Assembly: GCA_046295655.1 (NCBI GenBank)
Contig: JBKBMT010000002.1
Coordinates: forward strand, 57,139-121,138
Direction of reading: 5' to 3'
DNA length: 64,000 nucleotides
Origin: Gemmobacter sp.
Lineage (GTDB): Bacteria > Pseudomonadota > Alphaproteobacteria > Rhodobacterales > Rhodobacteraceae
Shown: positions 11,035 through 19,953 of the stretch, piece after piece
Position numbering within the stretch: the stretch's first letter is position 1
Layout of the letters: the number at the start of each line of letters is the position of its first letter
The notes under the pieces: generated by a model
What the model saw: the letters and a program-made list of their open reading frames with translations, nothing else
The model's database searches: none
What the model was told of the DNA's origin: nothing
Position numbers and translations under genes: made by a program

Positions 11035-11258
11035 CGATCAGTCCAGAGTGGCACCGGAAGCAGCGATCCGGCGTCGGAGTCGGTGCCCCATTTCCGCCGC
11101 AATGGGCAAGCCCGACTCCTTGCAACCTTCCGGCGACTGGCAGCAAGCTGCGCAGCCCATTTCCGCGCGTCGGCGGTTTTCCGCGCAGAATCCCGGTCTT
11201 GCCGGGCGAAGCGCAAGGGCGTAAACGCATTCGGCGACCGCCGCTGCCCGGAGGCCCG

Positions 11259-12770
11259 ATGCTCGACCTCAGCCATTCCCCGCCAGAACCCAAGCGCATC
11301 GCCGGCGTCACCGGAGAGTGGGAACTTGTCATCGGCATGGAAATCCATGCTCAGGTGTCTTCGGCGGCGAAACTGTTCTCGGGCGCCTCGACGGCCTTCG
11401 GGGCCGAGCCGAACAGCAACGTCAGCTTCGTCGATGCGGCCATGCCGGGCATGCTGCCGGTGATCAACGAATTCTGCGTCGAGCAGGCAGTGCGCACGGG
11501 ACTGGGGCTGAACGCCCGGATCAACCGGGTCTCGGCTTTCGACCGCAAGAACTACTTCTATCCGGATCTGCCGCAGGGCTATCAGATCAGCCAACTCTAC
11601 CATCCGATCGTGGGCGAGGGCGAGGTGATCGTCGAGATGGGCCCCGGGGTTGCGCGCCGGGTGCGGATCGAACGGATTCACCTCGAGCAGGATGCGGGCA
11701 AGTCGATCCACGACATGGACCCGAACCTGTCCTTTGTCGATTTCAACCGCACCGGCGTCGCGCTGATGGAAATCGTGAGCCGTCCCGACATCCGGGGCCC
11801 GGAGGAGGCGGCGGCCTATGTCGCCAAGCTGCGCCAGATCCTGCGTTATCTGGGCACCTGCGACGGGAACATGCAGAACGGCAACCTGCGGGCGGATGTG
11901 AACGTCAGCGTCTGCCGCCCCGGCGCCTATGAGAAGTATCAGGAAACGCAGGACTTTTCGCACCTGGGCACGCGCTGCGAGATCAAGAACATGAATTCGA
12001 TGCGCTTCATCCAGCAGGCCATCGACTTCGAGGCGCGCCGCCAGATCGCGATCCTGGAGGATGGTGGCGCGGTGGTGCAGGAGACCCGCCTCTACGATCC
12101 CGATCGGGGCGAGACACGGTCGATGCGGTCGAAGGAGGAAGCGCACGATTATCGCTACTTCCCCTGCCCCGACCTTCTGCCGCTGGAGCTGGACGATGAA
12201 TGGATCCAGGGCATCCGCGAGTCCATGCCGGAACTGCCCGACGCCAAGAAGGCGCGGTTCATGGGCGATTACGGCCTGACCGATTACGACGCCAGCGTGC
12301 TGACGGCCGAACTGGAGGCCGCCGACTACTTCGATGCGGTGGCGAGCGGGCGCGACGGCAAGCAGGCGGCGAACTGGGTCATCAACGAGCTTTTCGGCCG
12401 GCTGAACAAGGAGGGCCGGGCCATCGCGGAGAGTCCGGTCAGCGCGGCGCAACTGGGCGGGCTGCTGGATCTCATCGCCGCCGGGACGATCTCGGGCAAG
12501 ATCGCGAAGGATCTGTTCGAGATCTTGTGGACCGAAGGCGGCGACCCGGCCGAGATCGTGGAATCCCGCGGCATGAAGCAGGTCACCGATACGGGCGCCA
12601 TCGAGGCGGCTGTCGATGCGGTGATCGCGGCCAACCCCGCGCAGGTCGAGAAGGCAAAGTCGAACCCCAAGCTTGCCGGCTGGTTCGTTGGTCAGGTCAT
12701 GAAGGCGACCGGGGGCAAGGCGAACCCCGCGGTGGTCAACGACCTGGTGACAGGGAAGCTGGGGCTGTGA
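11259..12770 (+). CDS. gatB: Asp-tRNA(Asn)/Glu-tRNA(Gln) amidotransferase subunit B
   Basis: ORF 10887..12770 trimmed to ATG 11259 ([33 protein letters not shown]...). RADVNVSV and a C-terminal GatB/YqeY domain are present. Confidence 0.95.
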   Translation: MLDLSHSPPEPKRIAGVTGEWELVIGMEIHAQVSSAAKLFSGASTAFGAEPNSNVSFVDAAMPGMLPVINEFCVEQAVRTGLGLNARINRVSAFDRKNYFYPDLPQGYQISQLYHPIVGEGEVIVEMGPGVARRVRIERIHLEQDAGKSIHDMDPNLSFVDFNRTGVALMEIVSRPDIRGPEEAAAYVAKLRQILRYLGTCDGNMQNGNLRADVNVSVCRPGAYEKYQETQDFSHLGTRCEIKNMNSMRFIQQAIDFEARRQIAILEDGGAVVQETRLYDPDRGETRSMRSKEEAHDYRYFPCPDLLPLELDDEWIQGIRESMPELPDAKKARFMGDYGLTDYDASVLTAELEAADYFDAVASGRDGKQAANWVINELFGRLNKEGRAIAESPVSAAQLGGLLDLIAAGTISGKIAKDLFEILWTEGGDPAEIVESRGMKQVTDTGAIEAAVDAVIAANPAQVEKAKSNPKLAGWFVGQVMKATGGKANPAVVNDLVTGKLGL

Positions 12771-12853
12771 GGCTTCCCTGGGAACCCAAGGTGTCGCGGC
12801 TTGGGTCCGCCGGCAAACCGGACGGAAACCGCGATCAGGGATCGGGTGTGCAG

Positions 12854-13366
12854 ATGGCAACCTACGAATACCGCGTCGTCCCGGCGCCCCGGCGCGCGGG
12901 AAAGGTGAAGGGTGCCAAGACAGTCCCTGACCGCTTTGCCGGCACGCTGGCCCGGGTGATGAACGACCTCGGCGCCGAGGGCTGGGAGTATCTTCGCGCC
13001 GACACGTTGCCGATCGAGGAACGGGTCGGGCTTACCGGCAGGACCACGAGCTTCCATACGCTTCTGGTGTTCCGTCGCGCGCTGTCGGCGCCCGCGGCGG
13101 AACCGGCAGCGGAACGGCTGGCGACCGAACTGGCACCGGATACGGCGGACCTGCCGCCGCCCGCGCCCGAAGGAGCGCCGGCCGATGCGGCTGCCGCGCT
13201 GCCCGAACCCGATGCGCTGGACCTTGCCGCGCGCCGGGCCGCTGCGCTGTCGCTGGCCTCGCGCACCGTGTTCGGCAAGACGCCGAAACTTTCAGCCGTT
13301 CCCGGACCCGGACAGGCACCGTCCGTCGGCCCCGCCGTTCCGCCCCGGGAGCCAGGGCGCGACTGA
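12854..13366 (+). CDS. DUF4177-like protein with Ala/Pro-rich C-terminal tail
   Basis: In-frame ATG 12854 within ORF 12200..13366. MATYEYRVVPAPRRAGKVKG...LGAEGWEYLRADTLP matches the DUF4177 pattern. Confidence 0.6.
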   Translation: MATYEYRVVPAPRRAGKVKGAKTVPDRFAGTLARVMNDLGAEGWEYLRADTLPIEERVGLTGRTTSFHTLLVFRRALSAPAAEPAAERLATELAPDTADLPPPAPEGAPADAAAALPEPDALDLAARRAAALSLASRTVFGKTPKLSAVPGPGQAPSVGPAVPPREPGRD

Positions 13367-13377
13367 CCGGCTGCCGA

Positions 13378-13635
13378 TCAGCCCTCGAGTTCGAGCGCCA
13401 GCGCGTGGATACGGCCCATGATCTCGGGGCCGAGCGCCGCGTGAACCGCGCGATGGCGTGCGACGCGCGACAGCGGCGACAGAGCCGGCGCTGTCATCCT
13501 GACGCGGAAGTGGCTTTCGCCCGAACCGTCGTCCCCGGCATGGCCGCGGTGGCGATGGCTTTCGTTCAGCACCTCGAGGCGGGACGGCGCGAAGGCCGTC
13601 TCGAGCGCCTGTCTTATCCGGGTTTCCATCTGCAC
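13378..13635 (-). CDS. BolA family protein
   Basis: 85 aa: LEVLNESHRHRGHAGDDGSGESHFRVRM...RVARHRAVHAAL, the typical BolA signature. Confidence 0.85.
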   Translation of the reverse strand: MQMETRIRQALETAFAPSRLEVLNESHRHRGHAGDDGSGESHFRVRMTAPALSPLSRVARHRAVHAALGPEIMGRIHALALELEG

Positions 13636-13721
13636 GGTTTTGCGCCTTTTTTCGTTGTCAAGACCTTCAACATCTCGCGAAAGACCCTAGACTGTCCGGC
13701 CAGAGTCGGGAAGGCAGGGTC

Positions 13722-14348
13722 ATGAGCAAGGGATCGCCCTTCGATTTCGACATTCGCGTCTCGGCCGACAAGAAGCGGCGGGCACGGGGGCGCCGCGGCA
13801 TGTCGGGTGCGGTCGAGGACGCGAACCATGTCTGCAGCGCCCCGGGTTGCGACGCGCCCGGCCAGTACCGCGCGCCGCGGTCGCCGGACCATCTGGACGA
13901 CTACATCTGGTTCTGCCGCGACCATGTCCGGGAATACAATCTGAGGTGGAATTTCTTTCAGGGCCAGACCGAGGAGGAATTCCAGCGGTTTCTCGACCGC
14001 GACCGCGTCTGGGGCCGGCCGACGCGTCCGTTCAGCGCCGCCGCAGACGAAGGCCGGGCCTGGGCGCGACTTGGCGTCAACGACCCGCTCGAGATCCTGG
14101 GCGACAAGGGAACACGTTCCGGTCCGGCGCAGCCGCTGAGGAAACTGCCCCCCACCGAACGCCGCGCGCTTGACATCCTCGATGCCCGCGACAGCTGGAG
14201 CCGGGCCGAGATCCGCAAGCAATACAAGAGCCTGGTCAAGGATCTTCACCCGGATCTGAACGGCGGCAACCGGGCCGACGAGGACCGGCTGCAAGAGGTG
14301 GTCTGGGCCTGGGAACAGCTGAAGGACAGCCGCAACTTCCGCGATTGA
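13722..14348 (+). CDS. J-domain protein (C-terminal DnaJ domain, N-terminal Cys/His-rich region)
   Basis: C-terminal IRKQYKSLVKDLHPDLNGG carries the HPD motif. The N-terminal region has CSAPGCDAPG...FCRDH. Divergent from the bolA-like gene. Confidence 0.8.
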   Translation: MSKGSPFDFDIRVSADKKRRARGRRGMSGAVEDANHVCSAPGCDAPGQYRAPRSPDHLDDYIWFCRDHVREYNLRWNFFQGQTEEEFQRFLDRDRVWGRPTRPFSAAADEGRAWARLGVNDPLEILGDKGTRSGPAQPLRKLPPTERRALDILDARDSWSRAEIRKQYKSLVKDLHPDLNGGNRADEDRLQEVVWAWEQLKDSRNFRD

Positions 14349-14432
14349 GCCTGGCTCGACGCGGTCAGGCGGGCGGACCGTGCCGGAACAACCCCCTTGC
14401 TGCAAGACCCGGAGGCGGCAGCCCGACCCGTC

Positions 14433-14891
14433 TCAGGCGGGGTAGAAGACCAGGCTCACCCCGTTGATGCAGTGACGCTTGCCCGTGGGTGGCGGGCCAT
14501 CGTCGAAAATGTGGCCGAGATGGCTTCCGCAGCGGCGGCAGTGACATTCGGTGCGCCGCGTGAACAGCCGGCGGTCGTCACGGGTGCCGATAGCGCCCGG
14601 CAGCGCTTCACGGAAGCTCGGCCACCCGGTGCGCGAATCGTACTTGGCCGCCGAGGAGTAAAGCGGCAGGTCGCAACCTCGGCAGCGGTATTCTCCCGGA
14701 TCGAACAGCTTGTCGAGCGGGCTCGTGCCCGCGCGTTCGGTCGCTTCCTCGCGTAGCACGGCGTATTCGACGGGCGACAGCAAAGCGCGCCATTCGGCCT
14801 CGGTGCGCGTGATTTCGAACATGCCCTCTGCCGCATTGGCCGGCAGGGCAACGCAGGAAGCGGAGGCAAGCAGAAAGATGCGGCGGTTCAT
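14433..14891 (-). CDS. msrB: peptide-methionine (R)-S-oxide reductase MsrB with an N-terminal export signal
   Basis: ORF trimmed to ATG 14891. MNRRIFLLASASCVALPANA is signal-like with a twin-Arg motif. CRGCDLPLY and CRRCGSHLGHIF are Zn-binding CxxC pairs, and RHCINGVSL holds the catalytic Cys. Confidence 0.9.
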   Translation of the reverse strand: MNRRIFLLASASCVALPANAAEGMFEITRTEAEWRALLSPVEYAVLREEATERAGTSPLDKLFDPGEYRCRGCDLPLYSSAAKYDSRTGWPSFREALPGAIGTRDDRRLFTRRTECHCRRCGSHLGHIFDDGPPPTGKRHCINGVSLVFYPA

Positions 14892-14920
14892 CGTGATCCT
14901 CCCGAAGCGCATGCTGGACG

Positions 14921-14950
14921 GCCCCGCCCGCATCCGCAAACGGGCGGGGC
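14921..14950 (-). other. perfect 10-bp GC hairpin between the fasciclin gene and msrB (terminator/attenuator or RNA-stability element, no U-tract)
   Basis: GCCCCGCCCG (14921-14930), then loop catccgcaaa, then CGGGCGGGGC (14941-14950). Lies 20 nt after the fasciclin stop and 30 nt before the msrB start. Confidence 0.4.
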
Positions 14951-14969
14951 CACCACGTGATCGGACCGC

Positions 14970-15521
14970 TTACATCGCGGGCAAGAGCACCGTGTCGATC
15001 ACGTGGATCACGCCGTTCGATTGAACGACATCGGCGATGGTCACTGTCGCGCTGCGGCCGCGCTCGTCGGTGAGCCTGAGCATCCCGCCCTCCATCCTGG
15101 CCGTCAGAACGCAGCCGCCCACCGTCGGCACCTCATGCATTCCGCCATCGTCGGCGATCATCTTGACGATCGCATCCGACATGGCCTTCGCGGCAACGAC
15201 GTGGCAGGTGAGTACCTTCACCAGCGCGTCCTTGTTCTCGGGCTTCAGCAGGTTGTCGACGGTTCCCGGCTGGAGCATGCCGAAGGCGTCGTTCGTTGGC
15301 GCGAAGACGGTGAAGGGGCCGGCCCCCCGCAGCGTCTCGACAAGGCCCGCCGCCTGCACGGCGGCGACGAGCGTGGTGTGATCGGCCGAATTGACGGCAT
15401 TCTCGACGATGTTCCTGGTCTCGAACATGGGCGCGCCACCGACCATCGGGTTCGAGGCAAGAGTCGCGCCCGCGGCCAGTGCGAAGGCGGTCGAGGCGGC
15501 GAGCAGGATTCTGGTCTTCAT
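14970..15521 (-). CDS. secreted fasciclin (FAS1) domain protein
   Basis: ORF trimmed to ATG 15521 (MKTRILLAASTAFALAAGATLA signal). FTVFAPTNDAF and NGVIHVIDTVLLP are FAS1 H1/H2 motifs. Confidence 0.85.
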   Translation of the reverse strand: MKTRILLAASTAFALAAGATLASNPMVGGAPMFETRNIVENAVNSADHTTLVAAVQAAGLVETLRGAGPFTVFAPTNDAFGMLQPGTVDNLLKPENKDALVKVLTCHVVAAKAMSDAIVKMIADDGGMHEVPTVGGCVLTARMEGGMLRLTDERGRSATVTIADVVQSNGVIHVIDTVLLPAM

Positions 15522-15621
15522 CGGTCTTCTCTCCCGTGCGTGGCACCCGACCATCGGGTGCGAACGGGATCAGACACGGAGAGGCGCGGAACGGAGTTTC
15601 AGCCCGTTCTCGCGACTTCTT

Positions 15622-16305
15622 TCACAGATTCGTGATCGGTCCGGCGGCAAGGACCGGTCCGGTCGGGGCGCCCGTGACCGATCCGCCCTCGGGTTCCAGC
15701 GAGACCGCGAGGGTCCAGCCCGCCGGTGGGGCGGGATAGTCGAGGCTGAGCGACGTCTCGCCGATCAGGCCGAGCGAGACGGGCGCGGCCCCCGGCGCGA
15801 TGATCCAGACCTCGTGCACCCGACCCCGCGCGGGTGCCGCGCCGGCAACGCGCTCGATGGTCAGTCGTTGATCCCTCGGATCGTGCCGCGCCTCGAAGCG
15901 AAGCTCGCTGTCCTCGGCCGTCAGCGTGGCCACGAGCACCGGCTGCTCTCCGAACGGGACGAGTGTAACAGCGACCCAGATTGCCAGCAGCGCAGCCACC
16001 GCCGCGCCGGCCAGGGCCGCGGGCCAGCCGAAACGACCCGGCACAAGGCGGCGGCGTCGGGTTGGCGCTGTCCAGCCGAGGCGCCGCTCGATCCCGGCCA
16101 GGGCCCCGGATGGCGGCGCCGCATCGGGCAGCGTCTCGGCCAAAGGCGCGAGCCGTTCCTGCCAGGCCGCGACGGCCGCCCGGAAGGCCGGATCAGAGGC
16201 CGTTCGCGCCTCGGCCATGCGCCTGTCCTCGCCGTCGAGCAGACCCATCGCCAGCTCGGCCGCGAGCGCGTCGTCGTCGTCAGAAAGCGGCGGCACCGGG
16301 CTCAT
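15622..16305 (-). CDS. membrane-spanning anti-sigma factor (RskA-like)
   Basis: ATG 16305 overlaps the sigma-factor stop (ATGA). The N-terminal cytoplasmic part has LAAELAMGLLDGEDRRMAE, followed by the central TM WPAALAGAAVAALLAIWVAV and a periplasmic C-terminal domain. Confidence 0.75.
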   Translation of the reverse strand: MSPVPPLSDDDDALAAELAMGLLDGEDRRMAEARTASDPAFRAAVAAWQERLAPLAETLPDAAPPSGALAGIERRLGWTAPTRRRRLVPGRFGWPAALAGAAVAALLAIWVAVTLVPFGEQPVLVATLTAEDSELRFEARHDPRDQRLTIERVAGAAPARGRVHEVWIIAPGAAPVSLGLIGETSLSLDYPAPPAGWTLAVSLEPEGGSVTGAPTGPVLAAGPITNL

Positions 16306-16850
16306 CGCGTCAGGCACTCCCGAAGTCTCAGCAGGCTGCGCCGGAGCCAGGTGCGCATGGTGTTGAGCGGCACGCCATGGCGGCGCGCGAGTTCGTCATA
16401 GCTCATGCCGTCGAGATAGCAGCTTCGGATCGCCGCTGCCCGCTTGGCCTCGAGTTCGGCAAGACAGGAGTCGAGCCGCCGAAGCTCGGAGGTCGCGATG
16501 GCTGCGGCTTCGGGGCCGGGCGCGGGATCGGCAGTTTCGGCGATCGGGGCAGGAACGCCTCCGGTCGCCAGCCGGGTGCGGGCACGCAGCCGGTCGATCG
16601 CCGCGTTGCGGGCGATCGTGATCAGCCAGGTCATCGGACTGAGGCCATTGGCCGCATAGCGCCCCGCCCCGTGCCAGATCTTCACGAAGACCTCCTGCAG
16701 CACGTCCTCTGCCTCCGCCTTGTCGTCCAAGACACGGAGCACGACAGCATAGAGTTTCGACGACGTGGCGGCGTAGAGCGCGCGGAACGCTGCCCGGTCG
16801 GCAAGCGCCACCCGAACGATCAACGCCTCGATCTCCTCCCGTGCGGTCAT
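16302..16850 (-). CDS. ECF-type RNA polymerase sigma-70 family factor
   Basis: ORF 16302..17363 trimmed to ATG 16850. Region 2 is AEDVLQEVFVKIWHGAGRY...MTWLITIARNAAIDRLR. Region 4 is SYDELARRHGVPLNTMRTWLRRSL. Confidence 0.9.
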   Translation of the reverse strand: MTAREEIEALIVRVALADRAAFRALYAATSSKLYAVVLRVLDDKAEAEDVLQEVFVKIWHGAGRYAANGLSPMTWLITIARNAAIDRLRARTRLATGGVPAPIAETADPAPGPEAAAIATSELRRLDSCLAELEAKRAAAIRSCYLDGMSYDELARRHGVPLNTMRTWLRRSLLRLRECLTR

Positions 16851-16991
16851 CCAGCCCCCGTCTGTTCCAGAGCATGGCAGGAAACTGCGCACGGATGAAC
16901 CCCGCCGGTGCCTCTGGCGCTTCCCCTTGCGGCCCTGCTGCATATGTTCCACAAGTCGGATCGGCGGGGCGCACCCGTGGCGGAGCGGAAG

Positions 16992-17978
16992 ATGGCGGAC
17001 GGAATGACGGACAGGGCGACACGGCCGACCGAGGAAGTCTCGGTGCGCGAGGTCTTCGGGATCGACACCGAAATGAAGGTGAAAGGCTTTGCCGACCGCG
17101 GCGACCGGGTGCCAGAGATCGATCCGACCTACAAGTTCGATCCCGATACCACACTCGCCATCCTTGCCGGGTTCCACTACGGCCGACGGGTCATGATCCA
17201 GGGCTACCACGGCACCGGCAAGTCCACCCATATCGAGCAGGTCGCGGCGCGGCTGAACTGGCCCTGCGTCCGCGTCAACCTCGACAGCCACATCAGCCGG
17301 ATCGACCTGATCGGCAAGGACGCAATCAAGCTGCGCGACGGCAAGCAGGTGACCGAGTTCCACGAGGGCATCCTGCCTTGGGCGTTACGCAACCCCGTGG
17401 CCATCGTGTTCGACGAATACGACGCCGGCCGCCCCGACGTGATGTTCGTGATCCAGCGGGTGCTGGAGCATGACGGCAAGCTGACGCTGCTCGACCAGAA
17501 CGAGATCATCACGCCCCACCCGTGCTTCCGGCTGTTCGCCACCTCGAACACGGTGGGCCTGGGCGACACCACGGGGCTATACCACGGTGTCCAGCAGATC
17601 AATCAGGCGCAGATGGACCGCTGGAGTCTGGTAGCCACCCTGAACTACCTCAGCCACGATGCCGAGACGGCGATCGTCCTGTCGAAGAATCCCCATTACA
17701 ACACCGAGAAGGGGCGCCGCACGATCAGCCAGATGGTGACGGTGGCCGAACTGACCCGCACCGCCTTCATGGCCGGCGACCTGTCCACGGTCATGTCGCC
17801 CCGCACGGTCATCAACTGGGCCCAGAACGCCGAGATCTTCCGCAATGTGGGCTATGCGTTCCGACTGTCGTTCCTGAACAAGTGCGACGAGCTGGAACGG
17901 CAGACGGTGGCGGAATTCTACCAGCGCTGCTTCGGCGAGGAACTGCCGGAAAGCGCGGCGAGCATGGCGATGCGGTAA
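16992..17978 (+). CDS. cobS: CobS-type AAA+ (MoxR-like) ATPase, annotated as aerobic cobaltochelatase subunit S
   Basis: ORF trimmed to ATG 16992 (GGAG upstream). [16 protein letters not shown], Walker [10 protein letters not shown], and [23 protein letters not shown] are typical of CobS. Confidence 0.9.
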   Translation: MADGMTDRATRPTEEVSVREVFGIDTEMKVKGFADRGDRVPEIDPTYKFDPDTTLAILAGFHYGRRVMIQGYHGTGKSTHIEQVAARLNWPCVRVNLDSHISRIDLIGKDAIKLRDGKQVTEFHEGILPWALRNPVAIVFDEYDAGRPDVMFVIQRVLEHDGKLTLLDQNEIITPHPCFRLFATSNTVGLGDTTGLYHGVQQINQAQMDRWSLVATLNYLSHDAETAIVLSKNPHYNTEKGRRTISQMVTVAELTRTAFMAGDLSTVMSPRTVINWAQNAEIFRNVGYAFRLSFLNKCDELERQTVAEFYQRCFGEELPESAASMAMR

Positions 17979-18072
17979 TGACGGATCCTCTGCGCACCGA
18001 TCTGCCCGGACGCGAAGGGCGCGCGGTGCACGGCCACCGGCACCGGACCGGGGCCCTGGGGCAGACCCGCCC

Positions 18073-19953
18073 ATGACCAAGCCCCCCGACAACCCCGCCG
18101 ATCCGTTCAAGAAGGCGCTGGCGGATGCCACGCGGACGATGGCGCACGACCGGGAGCTTGCGGTCAGCTATTCGGTCGATCCGCCGGGGCTGACCAAGGA
18201 CGGAATGCGCCTGCCTCAGGTCAGCCGGCGGATGAGCCGCGAGGAGGTGATGCTGGCCCGCGGGACGGCCGATGCCTTTGCCCTGCGCCGCCGCTATCAC
18301 GACGAAGGCGTTGCCGCCCGCTATGCCCCTCAGGGCCAGATGGCACGCGACATCTACGAGGCGCTGGAGACGGCGCGTTGCGAGACCATCGGGGCGCGGG
18401 ACATGCCGGGCACGGCGGGCAACATCGACGCCAAGATCGGACACGAGGCCGACCGCAAGGGCTATGGCCAGATCACCCAGGCCTCGGACGCGCCGCTTGC
18501 GGTGGCGGCGGGCTATCTCGTCCGCCACCTTGCCACCGGTCGGCCGCTGCCCAAGCCGGCAGCCCATGTCATGGACCTGTGGCGCGGGTTCATCGAGGAA
18601 CAGGCGGGCGGAACGCTGGACACGCTCAACGACGTTCTTGCCGATCAGGCCGCCTTTGCCCGCATGGCGCGCCAGATGATTGCCGATCTCGGCTATGGCG
18701 ACCAGCTGGGCGACGACCCGGATGCGCCGCAGGACGAGGCGGAGGACGAGGCAACCGAGGACGAGGACCAGCCCGACAGCGCCGGTGACGAGGAACAGAG
18801 CCCGGACGAAGCCGATGCCGACCCCGACCGCAGCCAGGAGCAGCAGCAGGACGCCGCGGAAGCGCAGGTCAGCGAGGACGAACTTGCCGACGACGAGACG
18901 CTGGACGAAATCGACGCCCCGCAGGCCGAGGCCCCGCCGGAACCCCCTGCCCCACCGCCCCATTCGGACGCCGACCCGAGCTATGCCGTCTATTCGACCC
19001 TGAATGACGAGGAGATCCGGGCCGAGGATCTGGCCGAGCCGGCAGAACTCGAGCGGTTGCGCGCCTATCTGGATCAGCAGCTGGAACCATTGAAGGGGGC
19101 GGTCAGCCGGCTGGCCAACAAGCTGCAGCGCCGCTTGCAGGCACAGCAGAACCGCAGCTGGGAATTCGACCGCGACGAGGGCATCCTCGATGCCGGACGG
19201 CTAGCCCGGGTGGTTGCCAACCCGACCACGCCGCTGTCCTTCAAGGTCGAAAAGGACACCGAGTTCCGCGATACGGTGGTGACGCTGCTGCTGGACAATT
19301 CGGGCTCCATGCGCGGCCGACCGATCTCGATTGCCGCGATCTGCGCCGACGTTCTGGCGCGGACACTGGAACGCTGCGCGGTGAAGGTCGAGATCCTGGG
19401 CTTCACCACCCGGGCCTGGAAGGGCGGGCAGAGCCGCGAGAAATGGCTGGCCGACGGCCGGCCAGTGGCACCGGGCCGCCTGAATGACCTGCGGCACATC
19501 ATCTACAAGGCGGCGGATGTGCCGTGGCGCCGGGTGCGTGACAACCTCGGGCTGATGATGAAGGAAGGGCTGTTGAAGGAGAACATCGACGGCGAGGCGC
19601 TGGAATGGGCGCACCGCCGGATGGTCGGCCGGCCCGAGGCGCGCAAGATCCTGATGGTCATCTCGGACGGGGCGCCGGTGGACGATTCGACGCTGTCGGT
19701 GAACCCCGCGAACTTCCTGGAAAAACACCTGCGCGACGTGATCGCGATGGTGGAGCGGCGCAAGCAGGTCGAACTGATTGCGATCGGCATCGGCCATGAC
19801 GTCACCCGGTATTATCAGCGCGCGGTGACCATCACCGATGTGGAACAGCTGGCCGGCGCGATGACCGAACAACTTGCAAGCCTGTTCGATTCCGATCCCC
19901 GCAAGCGGGCACGGGTTCTGGGCATCGCGAAGGTCAACGGAGTGCGGCGATGA
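18073..19953 (+). CDS. cobT: CobT-type protein (acidic linker plus C-terminal vWA domain), annotated as cobaltochelatase subunit T
   Basis: Long Asp/Glu-rich linker ([22 protein letters not shown]...). vWA/MIDAS-like [13 protein letters not shown] and [11 protein letters not shown] are present. Confidence 0.9.
   Translation: MTKPPDNPADPFKKALADATRTMAHDRELAVSYSVDPPGLTKDGMRLPQVSRRMSREEVMLARGTADAFALRRRYHDEGVAARYAPQGQMARDIYEALETARCETIGARDMPGTAGNIDAKIGHEADRKGYGQITQASDAPLAVAAGYLVRHLATGRPLPKPAAHVMDLWRGFIEEQAGGTLDTLNDVLADQAAFARMARQMIADLGYGDQLGDDPDAPQDEAEDEATEDEDQPDSAGDEEQSPDEADADPDRSQEQQQDAAEAQVSEDELADDETLDEIDAPQAEAPPEPPAPPPHSDADPSYAVYSTLNDEEIRAEDLAEPAELERLRAYLDQQLEPLKGAVSRLANKLQRRLQAQQNRSWEFDRDEGILDAGRLARVVANPTTPLSFKVEKDTEFRDTVVTLLLDNSGSMRGRPISIAAICADVLARTLERCAVKVEILGFTTRAWKGGQSREKWLADGRPVAPGRLNDLRHIIYKAADVPWRRVRDNLGLMMKEGLLKENIDGEALEWAHRRMVGRPEARKILMVISDGAPVDDSTLSVNPANFLEKHLRDVIAMVERRKQVELIAIGIGHDVTRYYQRAVTITDVEQLAGAMTEQLASLFDSDPRKRARVLGIAKVNGVRR

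Noticed and set aside
11087-11166. Direct repeat CCCATTTCCGC at 11087-11097 and 11156-11166 in the SLT/gatB divergent spacer, resembling a sigma-32 -10 element (CCCCATNT)
   Set aside because: No matching -35 (CTTG/TTGAAA) at a proper distance from either copy. An 11-mer seen twice in 225 bp is suggestive but too weak to call. The first copy also forms a small hairpin with AATGGG at 11101-11106.
18700-18960. Apparent repetitive GAC/GAG/GCC-rich DNA inside cobT
   Set aside because: It encodes the acidic Asp/Glu/Pro linker typical of CobT proteins. It is low-complexity coding sequence, not a DNA-level repeat element or CRISPR-like array.
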